Shown here: one piece after another, positions 1-13,113 of the stretch
Layout of the letters: each line of letters starts with the position of its first letter
Numbering within the stretch: position 1 is the stretch's first letter
NCBI RefSeq assembly: GCF_006345805.1
Contig: NC_043014.1
Span: 37,758,001 to 37,822,000, forward strand
Source of the DNA: Octopus sinensis
Lineage: Eukaryota
Reading direction: 5' to 3'
DNA: 64,000 nucleotides
Program-made: the position numbers and the translations under genes
Notes under the pieces: model-generated
The model's input: only the letters and a program-made list of their open reading frames with translations
What the model was told of the DNA's origin: nothing
Databases searched by the model: none

Positions 1-854
1 CACACGTGCACACACACATGATGACAAGATGATTGGAGTAAGGAATTCATTTTGCTACTTCAGTTTACAATTGTTTCATCTTGGTTTAATGCAATCAATC
101 TTGCAACATTATGTAATAATGCACGCAGTTATTTACTCTTTTACTCTGTTACTTGTTTCAGTCATTTGACTGTGGCCATGCTGGAGCACCGCCTTTAGTC
201 GAGCACATCGACCCCAGGACTTATTCTTTGTAAGTCTACTACTTATTCTATCGGTCTCTTTTGTTGAACCGCTAAGTTACGGTGCCGTAAACACACCAGC
301 ATCGGTTGTCAAGCGATGTTGGGAGGACAAACACAGACACACAAACATATACACACACACATATATATACATATATATATATACATATATACAACGGGCT
401 TCGTTCAGTTTCCGTCTACCAAATCCACTCACATGTCTTTGGTTGGCCCGTGGCTATAGTAGAAGACATTTGCCCAAGGTACCACGCAGTGGGACTGAAC
501 CCGGAAACATGTACTTACCACACAGCCACTCTACTTTCCACATTTTATTCATATATGTGTGTGTGTAGAAAGGGATCTGTGTCATAAATGGTAGCCAAAT
601 TTCTCTGAATTGCACGCAACCATCTTAAAAAGGAACGGCACATTCAGTAATAGAGACCAGGTTACTGTATGTATCAAAATAAATAAACAAGCAAAAACCA
701 GCTGCTTCTGTCTGGATTGCTTTTCATCATATATCTGACCTAAGGATAAAATTCATTAATTGTAGTGATGAGAAGAAAATGACATTATAATGGCATCTTT
801 CTAATCCTTTTGTGTTTTGTTTGTGTTTTATGTTTTCTTCTTGTCATATTTCAG

Positions 855-1025
855 TTAATGGAAGGTGGAGTAACTGGACCCCATGGTCGACGTGTAGTGC
901 AAGCTGTGGTGCAGGTAGTATGAAAAGGGTTCGGAAGTGCGACAATCCAGAACCTAAATACAGAGGTAGACCCTGTGGAGGTTCCAGTTATCAAGTCAAA
1001 AAATGTGTCAAGATCAAATGTCAAC
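855..1025 (+). CDS. TSR protein, exon encoding TSR1 (VNGRWSNWTPWSTCSASCGAGSMKRVRKCDNPEPKYRGRPCGGSSYQVKKCVKIKCQ)
   Basis: tttcag acceptor ending at 854 and C|gtaag donor at 1026; 171 nt, phase 1-1; WSxWxxWSxCSxSCG..RxRxC..P TSR motif with 6 Cys. The gene starts upstream of the window. Confidence 0.93.
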
Positions 1026-1095
1026 GTAAGCTATTGAGATTTTCCTAATTAAAGGAAGAAGTAATGAGAGAGAGAGAGAAAGAAAGAGAGAGAGA

Positions 1096-1136
<41 letters not shown>

Positions 1137-1853
1137 TGAGGGAAAAACAGTAGTAATGATCAATCATTTTACGTATTTGATAAATTTTCCAGTTATATCT
1201 TCAGAATGACGGAGATATAACGCCCTAAACCTAAAATAATTTTTGATCTATTGAAATTATTACCTCTTTGAAAAGGACACGAGAGAGAACTCTGAAATTT
1301 AAACTGAATAAAAATTAAATGAGAGAATGCAGAGTATTTATGACCAATCTCGATTCCTACTGCATATCTATCTCTATTTAGCTTTAGTAAATTTAAAATT
1401 CGGAGTTCTCTCCCTTACAACCTTTCGAAGGAATATTTATTAATGTGACTTTTGTCTCAATAAGTTATTACTTCAAGAGATAACGTTTTATCTTCAGCTT
1501 ACTTCATTATGTATGTTAGAGTTTACACTCAACTTTATTTAAGCTTCTCGAATTTCCTAGTGTATGAAAGACCTTTATAGTATCTTAATCAGAGAAGGGA
1601 AGAGAGCGTTTATGAATATCTTTTATCTTTTACTTGTTTCAGTCATTAGACTACGGTCATGCAGGGGTACCACTTCCAAGAATTTTTAGTCGAACGAATC
1701 GACCCCAGTACTTATTTTTTAAAAACCTGCTACTTATTCTATCGGCCAGTTGGCTAAATCTCTAAGTTACTGGAACATAAACACACCAACACCGGTTATC
1801 AAGAAGCAGTGGTGGGGGCAAACGCAGACACAAAGACACACACAGATATATAT

Positions 1854-1910
<57 letters not shown>

Positions 1911-2553
1911 CTTTACTACCCACAAGGGGCTAAACACAGAGGGGACAAACAAGGACAGACAAACAGATTAAATCGATTACATCGACCCCAGTGCGTAACT
2001 GGTACTTAATTTATCGACCCCGAAAGGATGAAAGACAAAGTCGACCTCGGCGGAATTTGAACTCAGAACGTAACGGCAGCCGTAGCCGATGGGCTTCTTT
2101 CAGTACCTACTGAAAACTGATACGTACTGCATACAAATGGAGTGAAATTTTGAAATAGGCATGAAAAATTAGTCAAAAACAGTTCGCCTTGTGCCTAGAG
2201 TAGAAAAGAATCGTTAGCACACCGGGTAAAACACTTACCGGATTTTCGTCCGCCTCTACATTCAGAGTGCAAATTCCAACGAAGTCGACTTTGCCTTTCA
2301 TCCTTCTGGAGTCGATAAAATAAGTACTAGCTGAACACTGGGGTCGATGTAACGATTTACCCCCTACCCTGGAATCGCTGGCTTTGTGCTAAATCAGTGT
2401 TTATTCAACCAGCTTTACCCTCGACTCCACTTAGAATTGTGGTCTAATGCGAAAGTTAGAAACTATTGGCATTCAAATTCATTAAAAGTCATTCTTCTCA
2501 AAAACAAAACATTTTGCTTTATATAATCTTTTTTCTCTCTTTTCTTTTTCCAG

Positions 2554-2727
2554 AGGATGGAGGCTGGTCACTCTGGAGTTCATGGAGTCCGTGTCCAGTC
2601 ACATGTGGCACAGCATTTCGTATCAGAAACAGGGAGTGCAACAGTCCAAAACCACTCTATGGTGGTAACTACTGTAGAGGACCCAAAACAGAGAAACTTG
2701 AATGTCGAGGGCGAAGACCTTGTCCAG
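2554..2727 (+). CDS. TSR protein, exon encoding TSR2 (DGGWSLWSSWSPCPVTCGTAFRIRNRECNSPKPLYGGNYCRGPKTEKLECRGRRPCP)
   Basis: Polypyrimidine tract + cag acceptor, G|gtaat donor; 174 nt, phase 1-1; canonical TSR. Confidence 0.93.
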
Positions 2728-2777
2728 GTAATATGAGAACAGTTTTTAAATTTAGCTTTACGTTTTTGGTCGACCAT

Positions 2778-2845
<68 letters not shown>

Positions 2846-5765
2846 TGTGTGTGCGTGTGTGAGGGGGTGCAATCGAGCTGGATTTAGTAGCTACAAGTTC
2901 TGAATTCAAATATGCAGGTTTCACTTTCTGGCTTAATGCAATATGAGAGAGCGAGAGAAAGAGAGACAGAGAGAGAGAGTGCGCGCGCGCGCGCGCGTGT
3001 GTGTGTATTTGTCTGTGTGTCTGCTAGTATGACATTTGTGAAAACAACCCACAGGCTAAATGACCAGTGGCTCTCTGTCTGAATCCCGCCAAAACGGTCC
3101 TTTTATGGGTGTCAGTAAACTTAGTGACACGTTGCAGCAGAGCCGCTCAAATTGGCGAAACTTTTGACCAGTCTTATCTAATGTAAAGCGCCGAGTTGAA
3201 ATTCTGGGGTTGATTCAGCCTCTGGCATAAATTTACATATACTTCAAATGCGTATTAATTTCAGTTACGACTGGAATTGCTGTTTTTGCAGCTAATGATT
3301 ATGTGTGTAGCTTTGACTGGAGTTTAAGAAGGAGAATCTTGCTAAATTTCTTCCAACAAAACTTGGAGTATATTTCAAATTTTCATCTGAATATTTTCAA
3401 AAAGTAAAGTTTTGATATGGTTTTGCTTGCTGGTGACGAAAATCACACTGACTTTTCCCTAAGAAATTAGTAAGAAAGAAATTACAGTTATTGAAAGTTA
3501 TGTCATTTTCAAAATGCCTCCATTACCTACATAGTGGAAGTCGCAACTGTTTTCTTTCATTGTGCTATTTCATTTAAATTGTTTTTAAAAAAGCATAAAA
3601 TTATTTTCAGAAAACTTCTTTCATAAACAACTATAAACAGGAGTTGCCATGACAACAAATAGTTGAAACTTCCACTATGTGGGCAATGGAGGCATTCGAT
3701 TGCCAAAAATTACATAACTTTAAATGCTTGCAACTTCTCTATTATTGAACTGTAGAGGAACAGGAATGCGATTTACATTACCAGCATGCAAAAATACATC
3801 ATTGTAGAAAATTTGAAAACAATCAAGGGAAAATTTGAAATATTCCAAGATGTTGAAAGAAAATTAACAAGATCCACGAAGAAAACAAACTAAGGAACGT
3901 TAATGATACCTTCCATATTATATGCTTATTTTTACTTAATTGATAATTGCAAGTTTTTAAAATGAGCCGTGATCTGAACGTTACTTTCTCAAAGTTAAAT
4001 TTTCAAATTTTAATTTATTATAAACTAGCACTATGACCCAGCAACGCCGGGTCATAGTGCTAGTGCGTGCATATACAGCTGTGTGCGTGCGCACATACAT
4101 ACACGCGAGTACTGTCCAAATCACCGACCAATCACATACAGCTAGCTGACATTCAATTGGCGTATCAAGTTTCGGGCATTTTGATTGGGTTTTGGATAGA
4201 AAATTCACAAAAAAGTCACTTCTATTGATTTTTTAATGGCTTTGCAGGGTGACTGGGGAAATGTAAAGACGTGCACGACCATCATTGGACGGTTTTGAAT
4301 GACCATAGAAAGTGCGAGCCCTCTAACTGAAAAATTGTGGATTTGTATAAAGGACACGCACACACAGACATTTTGCCGTTTATATATAGAGAGATTATAA
4401 TACCACGAATGTAAATTTTGAAAACAAAATTGTGAATGTCGTTTAGTGTCTATAACAGGGGTCCCAAACTTTACGCTCATTTACCCCCAGCAACTATGTA
4501 ATCGACTTAATCCCTTTGTCTGTCCTTGTTTGGCCCCTCTACGCTTAGCCCCTTGTGGGCAATAAAGAAATAAGAATACTTAGTTATTCAAAAAATTGAG
4601 CTAAAGTCTTCAAAGTGGCGATTGAAGCAAATAAAAATTAAAATATTATGGTTCTTAGAGCTGTCTACACGCAATAAATCACTCCACAAGGAGATTGCTG
4701 TAACAGTACGCAAACCAGCTGATGAGTTTTTTGATTGGATGCTAGGTCATAGGTGTTGAAACCCGAAAGCAGTTAACCACCACCAGAAACTTCCTTATCA
4801 AGAAATACAGACCGCATAGACTGCCGCTCTCTTCTTTCAAACTATATCACTGGCACTTGGTTACGACGATGAGGGTTCCAGTTGATCAATCAACAGAACA
4901 GACTACTCGTGAAATTAACATGCAAATGGCTTAGCATTCCACAAACAGGCGTACCTTTAACGTAGTTCTCAGGGAGATTCAGCGTGATACAGAATGTGAC
5001 AAGGTTGGCTCTTTGAATTACAGGTGCTATTCTAACCCTAACCCTAAAACCCTAGCCCTAACTCTAAAATCCTAAAACCCTAAAACCCTTACCCTAAAAC
5101 CTTAAAGCTAAAACCAGTACAAACGCACAAACGATGTCATAAATAACAGTGACAAACAAAATATACCTCGCTGGAAGTTGTTGTTGACAAACAACAGCAG
5201 TAATTTTATTCAACTGAATACACGTCATTGATTGGTTGAAATTACCGAAATACGAGAACTTTAACAAAAAATAACTTCCAAAATACAGAATTTTCTCAAC
5301 AACGCCAAGAGTAAAATATGTATTATTTGACACATTCTACCAGTATACGAAGTTTGAAAGTGTTACAAAGAATTATTTTTTAAATCTGTCGGTCGAAAGG
5401 TAAAGATCCCTCATTTTTGCCGGCTGAGTGGACTGAAGCAATGTGAAAAAAAAAAGTGTCTTGTTCAAGGACACAACGCACCGCCGGTTTTCGAACACAC
5501 AACCTTACGATCGGGAGCTGAATACCCTAACCACTAAACCACGTGCCTTTACTCTTTCAAGCTAGGGTGAAGGCATCGTCTCTCAGAACGTCGTGAGATA
5601 GGCTGATTGACATTGCTGGCTGTTCTTTGCAGCAACACATTCGATATCTTATTCGCAAGGCATAGAATAGACGAAATTATTCAACAGAAAATCTAAAATT
5701 TTCTTTGAAATTACCCAGCACCTTTGATTAATTGCCTATGTTCACAATCTACCTTTTTTTTTTAG

Positions 5766-5954
5766 TATCTATACACGGAAGCTGGTCAAACTGGAGTGCG
5801 TTTGGTAGTTGTAACGCTCGAAGATGCAGTGGTATCCGCGGCTTTAAAACTCGCCATCGAACATGCACAAAACCTAAACCACGTCATTACGGCCGTCAAT
5901 GTCGTGGTCGATCGATAGAGAAACGTGAATGTTATAACAATATCGACTGTCCAG
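5766..5954 (+). CDS. TSR protein, exon encoding TSR3 (SIHGSWSNWSAFGSCNARRCSGIRGFKTRHRTCTKPKPRHYGRQCRGRSIEKRECYNNIDCP)
   Basis: tttttag acceptor, G|gtaagt donor; 189 nt, phase 1-1; TSR motif. Confidence 0.92.
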
Positions 5955-6024
5955 GTAAGTCAGTCTGTCTGTGGACTTCCTCCTTTTGATTTTGCTTTTT
6001 TTTTTTATCACACAGGCACAAGAA

Positions 6025-6400
6025 TGGCTGTGTGGTAAGTAGCTTGCTTACCAACCACATGGTTCCGGGTTCAGTCCCACTGCGTGGCACCTTGGGCAAG
6101 TGTCTTCTACTATAGCCCCGGGCCGACCAATGCCTTGTGAGTGGGTTTGGTAGACGGAAACTGAAAGAAGCCTGTCGTATATATGTATATATGTATGTGT
6201 GTGTATATGTTTGTGTGTCTGTGTTTGTCCTCCTAGCATTGCTTGACAACCAATGCTGGTGTGTTTACGTCCCTGTCACTTAGCGGTTCGGCAAAAGAGA
6301 CCGATAGAATAAGTACTGGGCTTACAAAGACTAAGTCCCGGGGTCGATTTGCTCGACTAAAGCCGGTGCTCCAGCATGGCTGCAGTCAAATGACTGAAAC
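6025..6400 (+). mobile_element. tRNA-derived SINE family A with an internal TA/TG microsatellite (representative copy)
   Basis: TGGCTGTGTGGTAAG..GGTTCAGTCCC A/B-box-like head. Many copies, e.g. 131-530(-), 29925-30365(-), 49645-50060(-), 55740-56110(-), 63268-63672(+). Confidence 0.85.
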
Positions 6401-6690
6401 TCCTTATGTCAATATTTCATTTTCTTAGGACGGTGAGCTGGCAGAATTGTTAGCACGCCGAGCAAAATGCTTAGCGGCATTTCGTCGGTCTTTACGTTCT
6501 GTGTTCGAATACCGCCGAGATTGACTTTGCATGTCATCCTTTCGACGTCGATAAAATAAATACCAGGTGAACACTGGGGTCAATGTAATCGACTGGACCA
6601 CTCCCTCGACCTTGCTGGCTTGTGCCAAAATTCGAAGCTCATATTTCATTTTCTTCCCTACTTTTTTCCTTTCTTTCGTTCGTTCGTATA

Positions 6691-6904
6691 TACGAGAGGG
6701 GTGTTGAAAAGTTCCTTGCTTTGGGTAAAAGAAAATACAGGAGGACCAGTTAATTGTGATATTATCCAACATATTCCCTTCTCAGATTCACATAGTATTG
6801 CAGCGGTCCTTCAGTTTTTCTAAGCCCTGTAAAGGAACTCGGAAGGATGGGTCTCAAACCAAGCCTTTCGTGATACTCTTAAAGCCAGGAACTTTACAGC
6901 ACCT

Positions 6905-6908
<4 letters not shown>
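6691..6908. mobile_element. Mariner-derived MITE (decayed TIRs)
   Basis: TACGAGAGGGGTGTTGAAAAGTTCC start and AGGAACTTTACAGCACCTCC end. Confidence 0.55.
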
Positions 6909-6942
<34 letters not shown>

Positions 6943-9313
6943 GTGTGTGTGTGTGTACTCTTGTCTCGACATTATATGGTGGTCGTAAACGAGAATCACC
7001 GTTAAACGTGTTGTTCATTTCCAGTCATATATAAAAAACATGCCTGACCTTTTGGAAAAATTGCTTTATCTGGAAACAGATGAAGGTTGGCGACAGGAAG
7101 GCACCTGGTCGTAGAAAATCTGCTTCCACAAATTCTGTCTGGTCCATGAAACATGGAAAAGTGGACATTAAATGCTGTTGTTGATGCTGATGATGATGAT
7201 TTTAACTTAGATAAAATTACAACTGGTTGTGATCTTTCAATGTGTGACTCATGTGCGTTGCCGTAACCTTATCGCTGATAACGTTCAGTTCCTGGTCTTG
7301 AAGCAAGATTAAGATTAATAACATCTGCTTTCATCTGAAGGAGAGGGAAGATCGTGGTTATGTTTTAGAATCATTTGAAACTATTTGATGGAAGAATTTT
7401 ACCCAACCCTTAAATATCTTAAAATGACAAAGTTATGAACAATTTGAATATGGGGCGATCATGTTTTTGTGCAAAAACATTTTTTCAAAAAAACTGTTAG
7501 ACACAATGCATAGCTAAATTCCAAGGTTAGTTAAACATCCTGTTAGTTTGCACCAGCTATAATTACATTTTTTTGCAGACATAGATATCTGCAAGTGGTC
7601 CATTATTTATTATAAGGTTTACTGTTTTTAATGACGTGAATGCTTTTTTTTTACTTCTAAAGTATTGAGACTTGTGGTTCTTATTCCAAGTTTAAGTTGA
7701 AAGCAACCAGGAGTTGAGTACGTAAATTGGTTTCAATTATAGGCTGTTGGCAACTTTTGCTGTGATCGACATTGTCTCTCATCCTTTCGGGGTCGATAAA
7801 ATAAGTACCACTTCAGCATGGGGCCGATGTAATCGATTGGCCTCGTCCTTCAAAACTTCAGGCCTTGCGCCTTGAGAATGCGGAAAAGCTCTGGCCTTGT
7901 GCACCTGTAGAGTCAAAGTAGATTTTCTTTTTATATACGAGAGAGAATGAAAAGAATGAAAGAACAAGAACGAACGAACGAAAGAAAGAAAGAAAGAAAT
8001 ATGAAGGGAAGAAAATGGAATATTGACAAGTTGTTTCTAATTTCGGATTGTTTGTGAAGCATTCATATTGCGTAACTTTTTCTCTGATTGCTTATCACTT
8101 ACACTAGATGCTATCTTTTACTTGTTTCAGTCATTTGACTGCGGCCATGCTGGGGCGTATATATACTTGCATAAGATATTGGTTTCAAATTTTGGCACAA
8201 AGCCAGCAGGTTTGGTGGGAGGGGCCAGGTTGATCACATAGACCCTAGTGTTCGACTGGTACTTTATTTCATCGTACTCAAAAGGATGAAAGGTAAAGTT
8301 GACCTCGGCGCAATTTGAACTCAGAACGTAAAGATGGACGACATGCCTCTGAAAGCATTATATTTTGCCCGGCATGATGATTCTGCCAGTCTGCCGCCTT
8401 ACACTTGCGTAAAATATTGGTTTCAAATTTTGGCACAAGGCCAGCAGTTTCGGGTGAGTGGGTAAGTCGATTACATCGACCCTAGTGCTCAACTGGTTTT
8501 GTATCGACCCTGAAAGGATGAAAGGCAAAGTCGACCTCGGCGGAATTTGAACTCGGAACGTAACGGCAGACGAAATACCAATTTCTTTATTACCAACAGG
8601 GGGCTACACAAAAAATGGGACAAAACAACTGATTGGGGTCAGTAACACGTTATGATATATGAATATAAAAATTATATAAAATATATAAGAATCGAATGAA
8701 ATACACAATACAAATATGAAACAAATGTAGCAATGATCCGACACCATAAGCCCCGATCTACCGCTGGTACTTCTTAGTCCAAATTCCGCCGAGGTCGACT
8801 TTGCCTTTCATCCTTTCGGGGTCGATAAAATTAAGTACCAGTTACGCACTGGGGTCGATGTAATCGACTTAATCCCTTTGTCTGTCCTTGTTTGTCCCCT
8901 CTATGTTTAGCACCTTGTGGGCAATAAAGAAATAAGAATCATTACCGTGTCGGTCAAAAATGCTTAGCGGCATTTCTTCAGATTTCACGTTCTGTGTTCA
9001 AATGCCACCGATGTCGACTTGGCCTTTTAACTTTTCGGGATCGATAAAATAAGAACCAAACGAGTACTGGACTTAACTCCCTCCTCGGAATTGCTGGCTT
9101 TGTGCCAGAATTTGAAACCAATTTTAAACTCATCTGATTTCCATAATCTATAATCACAATTCATTCTATATCAATTAAGGTCGAAATATGTATACGTAGA
9201 TCTTCAAATATAATTTATGAAACAATTTTAATTTGGACATGTTCGATATCATTGAATATCTAATTTTTTTCTTTCTACATTTTCCTTTTTATATTGCGTA
9301 TTAAAAAACAAAG

Positions 9314-9451
9314 TGAATGGAAAATGGTGTCACTGGTCACAATGGATTCGTTGCACAGCTGCGAAGTGTACTTCACCTTTTGCTACAGAAAGACGAGTGA
9401 GAAAGTGTGCATGTCCGAAACCTCAACACAAAGGCGCTCCATGTCCTGACG
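9314..9451 (+). CDS. TSR protein, exon encoding the N-terminal part of TSR4 (NGKWCHWSQWIRCTAAKCTSPFATERRVRKCACPKPQHKGAPCPD)
   Basis: aag acceptor after an AG-free pyrimidine-rich zone, G|gtaaac donor; 138 nt, phase 1-1; TSR motif lacking its last two Cys. Confidence 0.85.
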
Positions 9452-11762
9452 GTAAACCATTTAATTCTAATTGCTCCATGGAAATAAGTTCAAATATTTG
9501 AGATAGAACAACTGTCATTAGGCGTAGAGAGATAAATATTCGTTCACTAATATGACTCAACCTAATCTATATCTATTAAACAGTCCTTGGACGAAAATTG
9601 TATGCACATTTTGCTTTGACGGTTAATGGCGGCCAAACCGAGGTTAGGATCGAGCTGAAAATTGGCAGGGATACTAAATGCGTGGTGAGGATGAGACCCC
9701 CGATGGTTAAAATTCGCGATAAGTAGTTGTGAAGATATTAGGGGTTTGCAGGGTATAAAGACCCCAAACGGTGCATAATAGGAAAAGTTTCCGAAATTAA
9801 CTTAATCCTGCAAGGGAAGTAACTCTTACTTTTAGACTATACAGTGAGTGGACAACGAAAAATGTTTCTATTTTCGCTTTTGTAAAACACAATCTAATCA
9901 TTTAGTAATATTTTTAAGTGAATGTGGTTTCAAAAATATAAGTTGTTTGTACAATAAGTATTTATATTTTACTTTTCTTTAAACAGACAATATTTCAATG
10001 GTTTTAAAAAATTATTTTCAAGTGAATACAATTACAAAAATTCCTTTTGGCGTAAATATTTCGTAAAAGACCTGTTCGTAACCTCAGCGTGAAATAATTT
10101 TTTTCCATAGGGTTTTTCCGAGTGCCTTCAACGTATCTCACTTCCAAATAATTGGCTGCTATTTCTAGCACACCCGGCTACCACGTGAGTTAGGATTAGG
10201 GGTGGGGGAAGGGTATCTTTTTTTCTTCACAAATGTAAATAAACCCAATCTGTTTCTTAAACGAGGGACATATTCATACAGCACGGAATCGGTTGGTTAA
10301 AATTGCCGAAATGCTCGAAATTTCAGACGAAATATCTTACAAACTATAGAATTTTCTCAATAAAGCCAAGAGAAAATGATGTTTTATAAACACATTCTAC
10401 CAGTATACGAAGTTTAAAGTTTTTTAGTTACCTAGAAATTATGTTACAAAGTGCCGTTCAAAAGGAAAAGATCCGCTATTTGCAATAAAGGACCCGAAAT
10501 ACTTGTTATGTGGTAGCAGGGCGTGCAAGAAATAGCAGTTAAATATTTCCTTTTCTGGGGAAAGGAGCTGTTTACTCGTGGTTTCGAAGCCACATTCGTT
10601 GAAAGCATGCAAAATAATCTGGAAAAAGAAGAAAAAACCCCACGAAACAAAACTCTGTTGCTGGGAAACTCAGACTTTTCCGGTGACCCAACGGGTTACG
10701 AGTAGTCTAATGCTAAAATACTTTGGTTCCTCTCTTGAATTAAATGTACTGCTCACAATATTAATAACAGTGCACTCGCCATTACACAAGCGCACACAGT
10801 CAGAGTGCATCCCAACCCAACCAAACAACCTACTAACCAACTTCTCAAATACTTATCACATTCATATGCCAACTTCCATATACGCTCATCTCGTGTGACA
10901 CTCAACCAAAGTGGATTGGTAGAATCGTTAAAGCCTTAGACAAACTGTTTTGCAGTTTTTAGTTACAGGTAATGGTAAGCTGCCAAAATATTAACAATCG
11001 ATTTGCTTGACTGCCAACAGCTTAACTGATTACCTGAGTTTCGAATTTTTTAATCTTTTCTCTGTCCTACACGTTTTTATGAGTTTTCCCCAAACGTTCA
11101 TGCCTGTTTTAAAAGTTTTAGTTTCATTTCATTATGTGCTAAGCAATATAGAGAATTCCTTTCATAAGCCTCCGGCGGCTGAAAAGAATTGAGAATGTGT
11201 ATCATACATGAAGGGAAGTATGTACTGGTTAATCACAGATTCTGTCAAAAAGATTCCATATTTGGCATAAATAATGCTGTTGAGACCCCCTTCGGTCATG
11301 ACTGACCGTGGGATTGCACCTAGAAAGTTACCCTCCCAGGCACAAGTCCGGGCAAGTTGTTTATGGAAGACCAGCAGTCGTCCATGCATACCGGCCTTCC
11401 CTCTCCACGCCACCAATGTTATCCAAGGGAAAGGCAAAGGGGCCGATACAGCTTGGCACCAGTGACGTCGCAACTCATTTCTACAGCTGAATGAACTGGA
11501 GCAACGTGAAATAAAGTGTCTTGCTTAAGAGCACAACACGCAGCCCGGTCTAGGATTCCAACTCACAACCTCACGATCGTAAGCTCGACGCTCTAACCAC
11601 TGAACCACGCGCCTTCATATTTGGCATAAATATTGCTTCATTAAAATATCTCTTCATTGATGTATTAAAATAGAGGGGTACCGCTTTGAAAACTTTTTAA
11701 TCGAATGAGTCGACCCCAGTACTTATTTATCTTATGCGTGCCACTTATTTCATCGGTTTCTT

Positions 11763-11831
<69 letters not shown>

Positions 11832-11843
11832 ATCTATCTATCC

Positions 11844-11922
<79 letters not shown>

Positions 11923-11924
11923 TA

Positions 11925-12650
11925 TATATAGAAGAGGTGAAGCAATATCAGAGGAAGGTTAAATGGGAAGATAGTTTTTGAGTGTAGTAAGTGCACAAGT
12001 GCAATAAACACCAAAGTCGTGCAGAAAACAGGTTCCATCACATGCCAGGGAGAAAAACTACAAGTAGTTGATAGCTTCCGTTACCTAGATGACCAAGTCC
12101 GTAGGAGGATGGATGCTCAGAGAGCGTAGCTGTAGAATAAGAATCGGTTGGGCAAAGTTCACAGATCTCCTACTTCTGCTGGTAACAAAGGGCCTCTCGC
12201 TTAGAGTGAACGGTAGACTGTATGATGCCTGTGTGCGAACAGCCATGCTTCACGGCAGTGAAACATGGGCTGTGACTGCTGAGGACATGCGTAGGCTTGA
12301 AAGAAATGAAGATAGTATGCTCCGCTGGATGTGTAATGTCAGTGTGCATACACGACAGAATGTAAGCGCCCTGAGAGTTAAGTTGGACATAAGAAGCATC
12401 AGATGTGGTATATAAGAGAGGCGACTATGCTGGTGTGGTTATGTGATGCGTTTGGATGAAGATAGCTGTATGAAGAAATGTCACACTTGAACAGTAGAGG
12501 GAACCTATGGAATAGGTAGATCCAGGAAGACATGGGATGAGGTGGTGAAATACGTCCTTCGAAATTTCTACCCCACAGAGGCAATGACAAGCGACCGAAA
12601 CCTTAGGAGATATGCCGTACTTGACAAAAGCCGGCAAGCCAAGTAAGATC
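11925..12650 (+). mobile_element. RTE-clade LINE, RT C-terminal fragment
   Basis: RIRIGWAKF...LYDACVRTAMLHGSETWAVT...RRLERNE..MLRWMC. Confidence 0.85.
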
Positions 12651-12894
12651 GTAGTCGTGGCCGATGCCAGTGTCGCATAGCTAGCCCGTTTAAAAGCACC
12701 CTTCAATCGTTGGGTGATATGCTTTGCTTGTGAAGACCTGTTAAACCGAGTGAAATCGTAGTCGTGGCGGATGCCAATGCCGCCTGACTGGCACCTGTGC
12801 GGTGGCACATAGAAACTACCATTCGAGCGTGACCGATGCCAGTGTCGCCTGACTGGCTCCTATGCCAGTAGCACGTAAAAAGTATCCACTACAC

Positions 12895-13113
12895 CAGTGG
12901 TTTTCAACCAGGGTTCCGCGGAACCTTAGAGTTCCGCCAGTACAGTCCAAGGGTTCCGCAAGAAGTTACAAAACTGCTAAAATCGGCAGTAATTTTTAAT
13001 TCTCCTGTGCAGATATGTGTGCAGAAGACTATTAAATTATTGCACAGGGGTTCCTCGAGCCAGTGGAATGTTTCCTTGGGGTTCCGCTCCAGCAAAAAGG
13101 TTGAAAAGCACTG
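12895..13113. mobile_element. hAT-type MITE
   Basis: TIRs CAGTGGTTTTCAACC/GGTTGAAAAGCACTG and a perfect 8-bp TSD CACTACAC. Confidence 0.9.

Noticed and set aside
1255-1440. Imperfect foldback (similar ones at about 14209-14285 and 31770-31890)
   Set aside because: These look like ordinary decayed MITE or sub-terminal repeats with no further signal.
4715-4780. CTGATGA...GAAA hammerhead candidate
   Set aside because: Stems I and II do not pair. CTGANGA hits at about 12287, 21025, 31018(-), 36325, 39920 and 50348(-) fail the same way.
5031-5110. Telomere-like (TAACCC/TAAAACCC)n
   Set aside because: Short, degenerate and part of a dispersed element whose body recurs at about 10200-10470; not a chromosome end.
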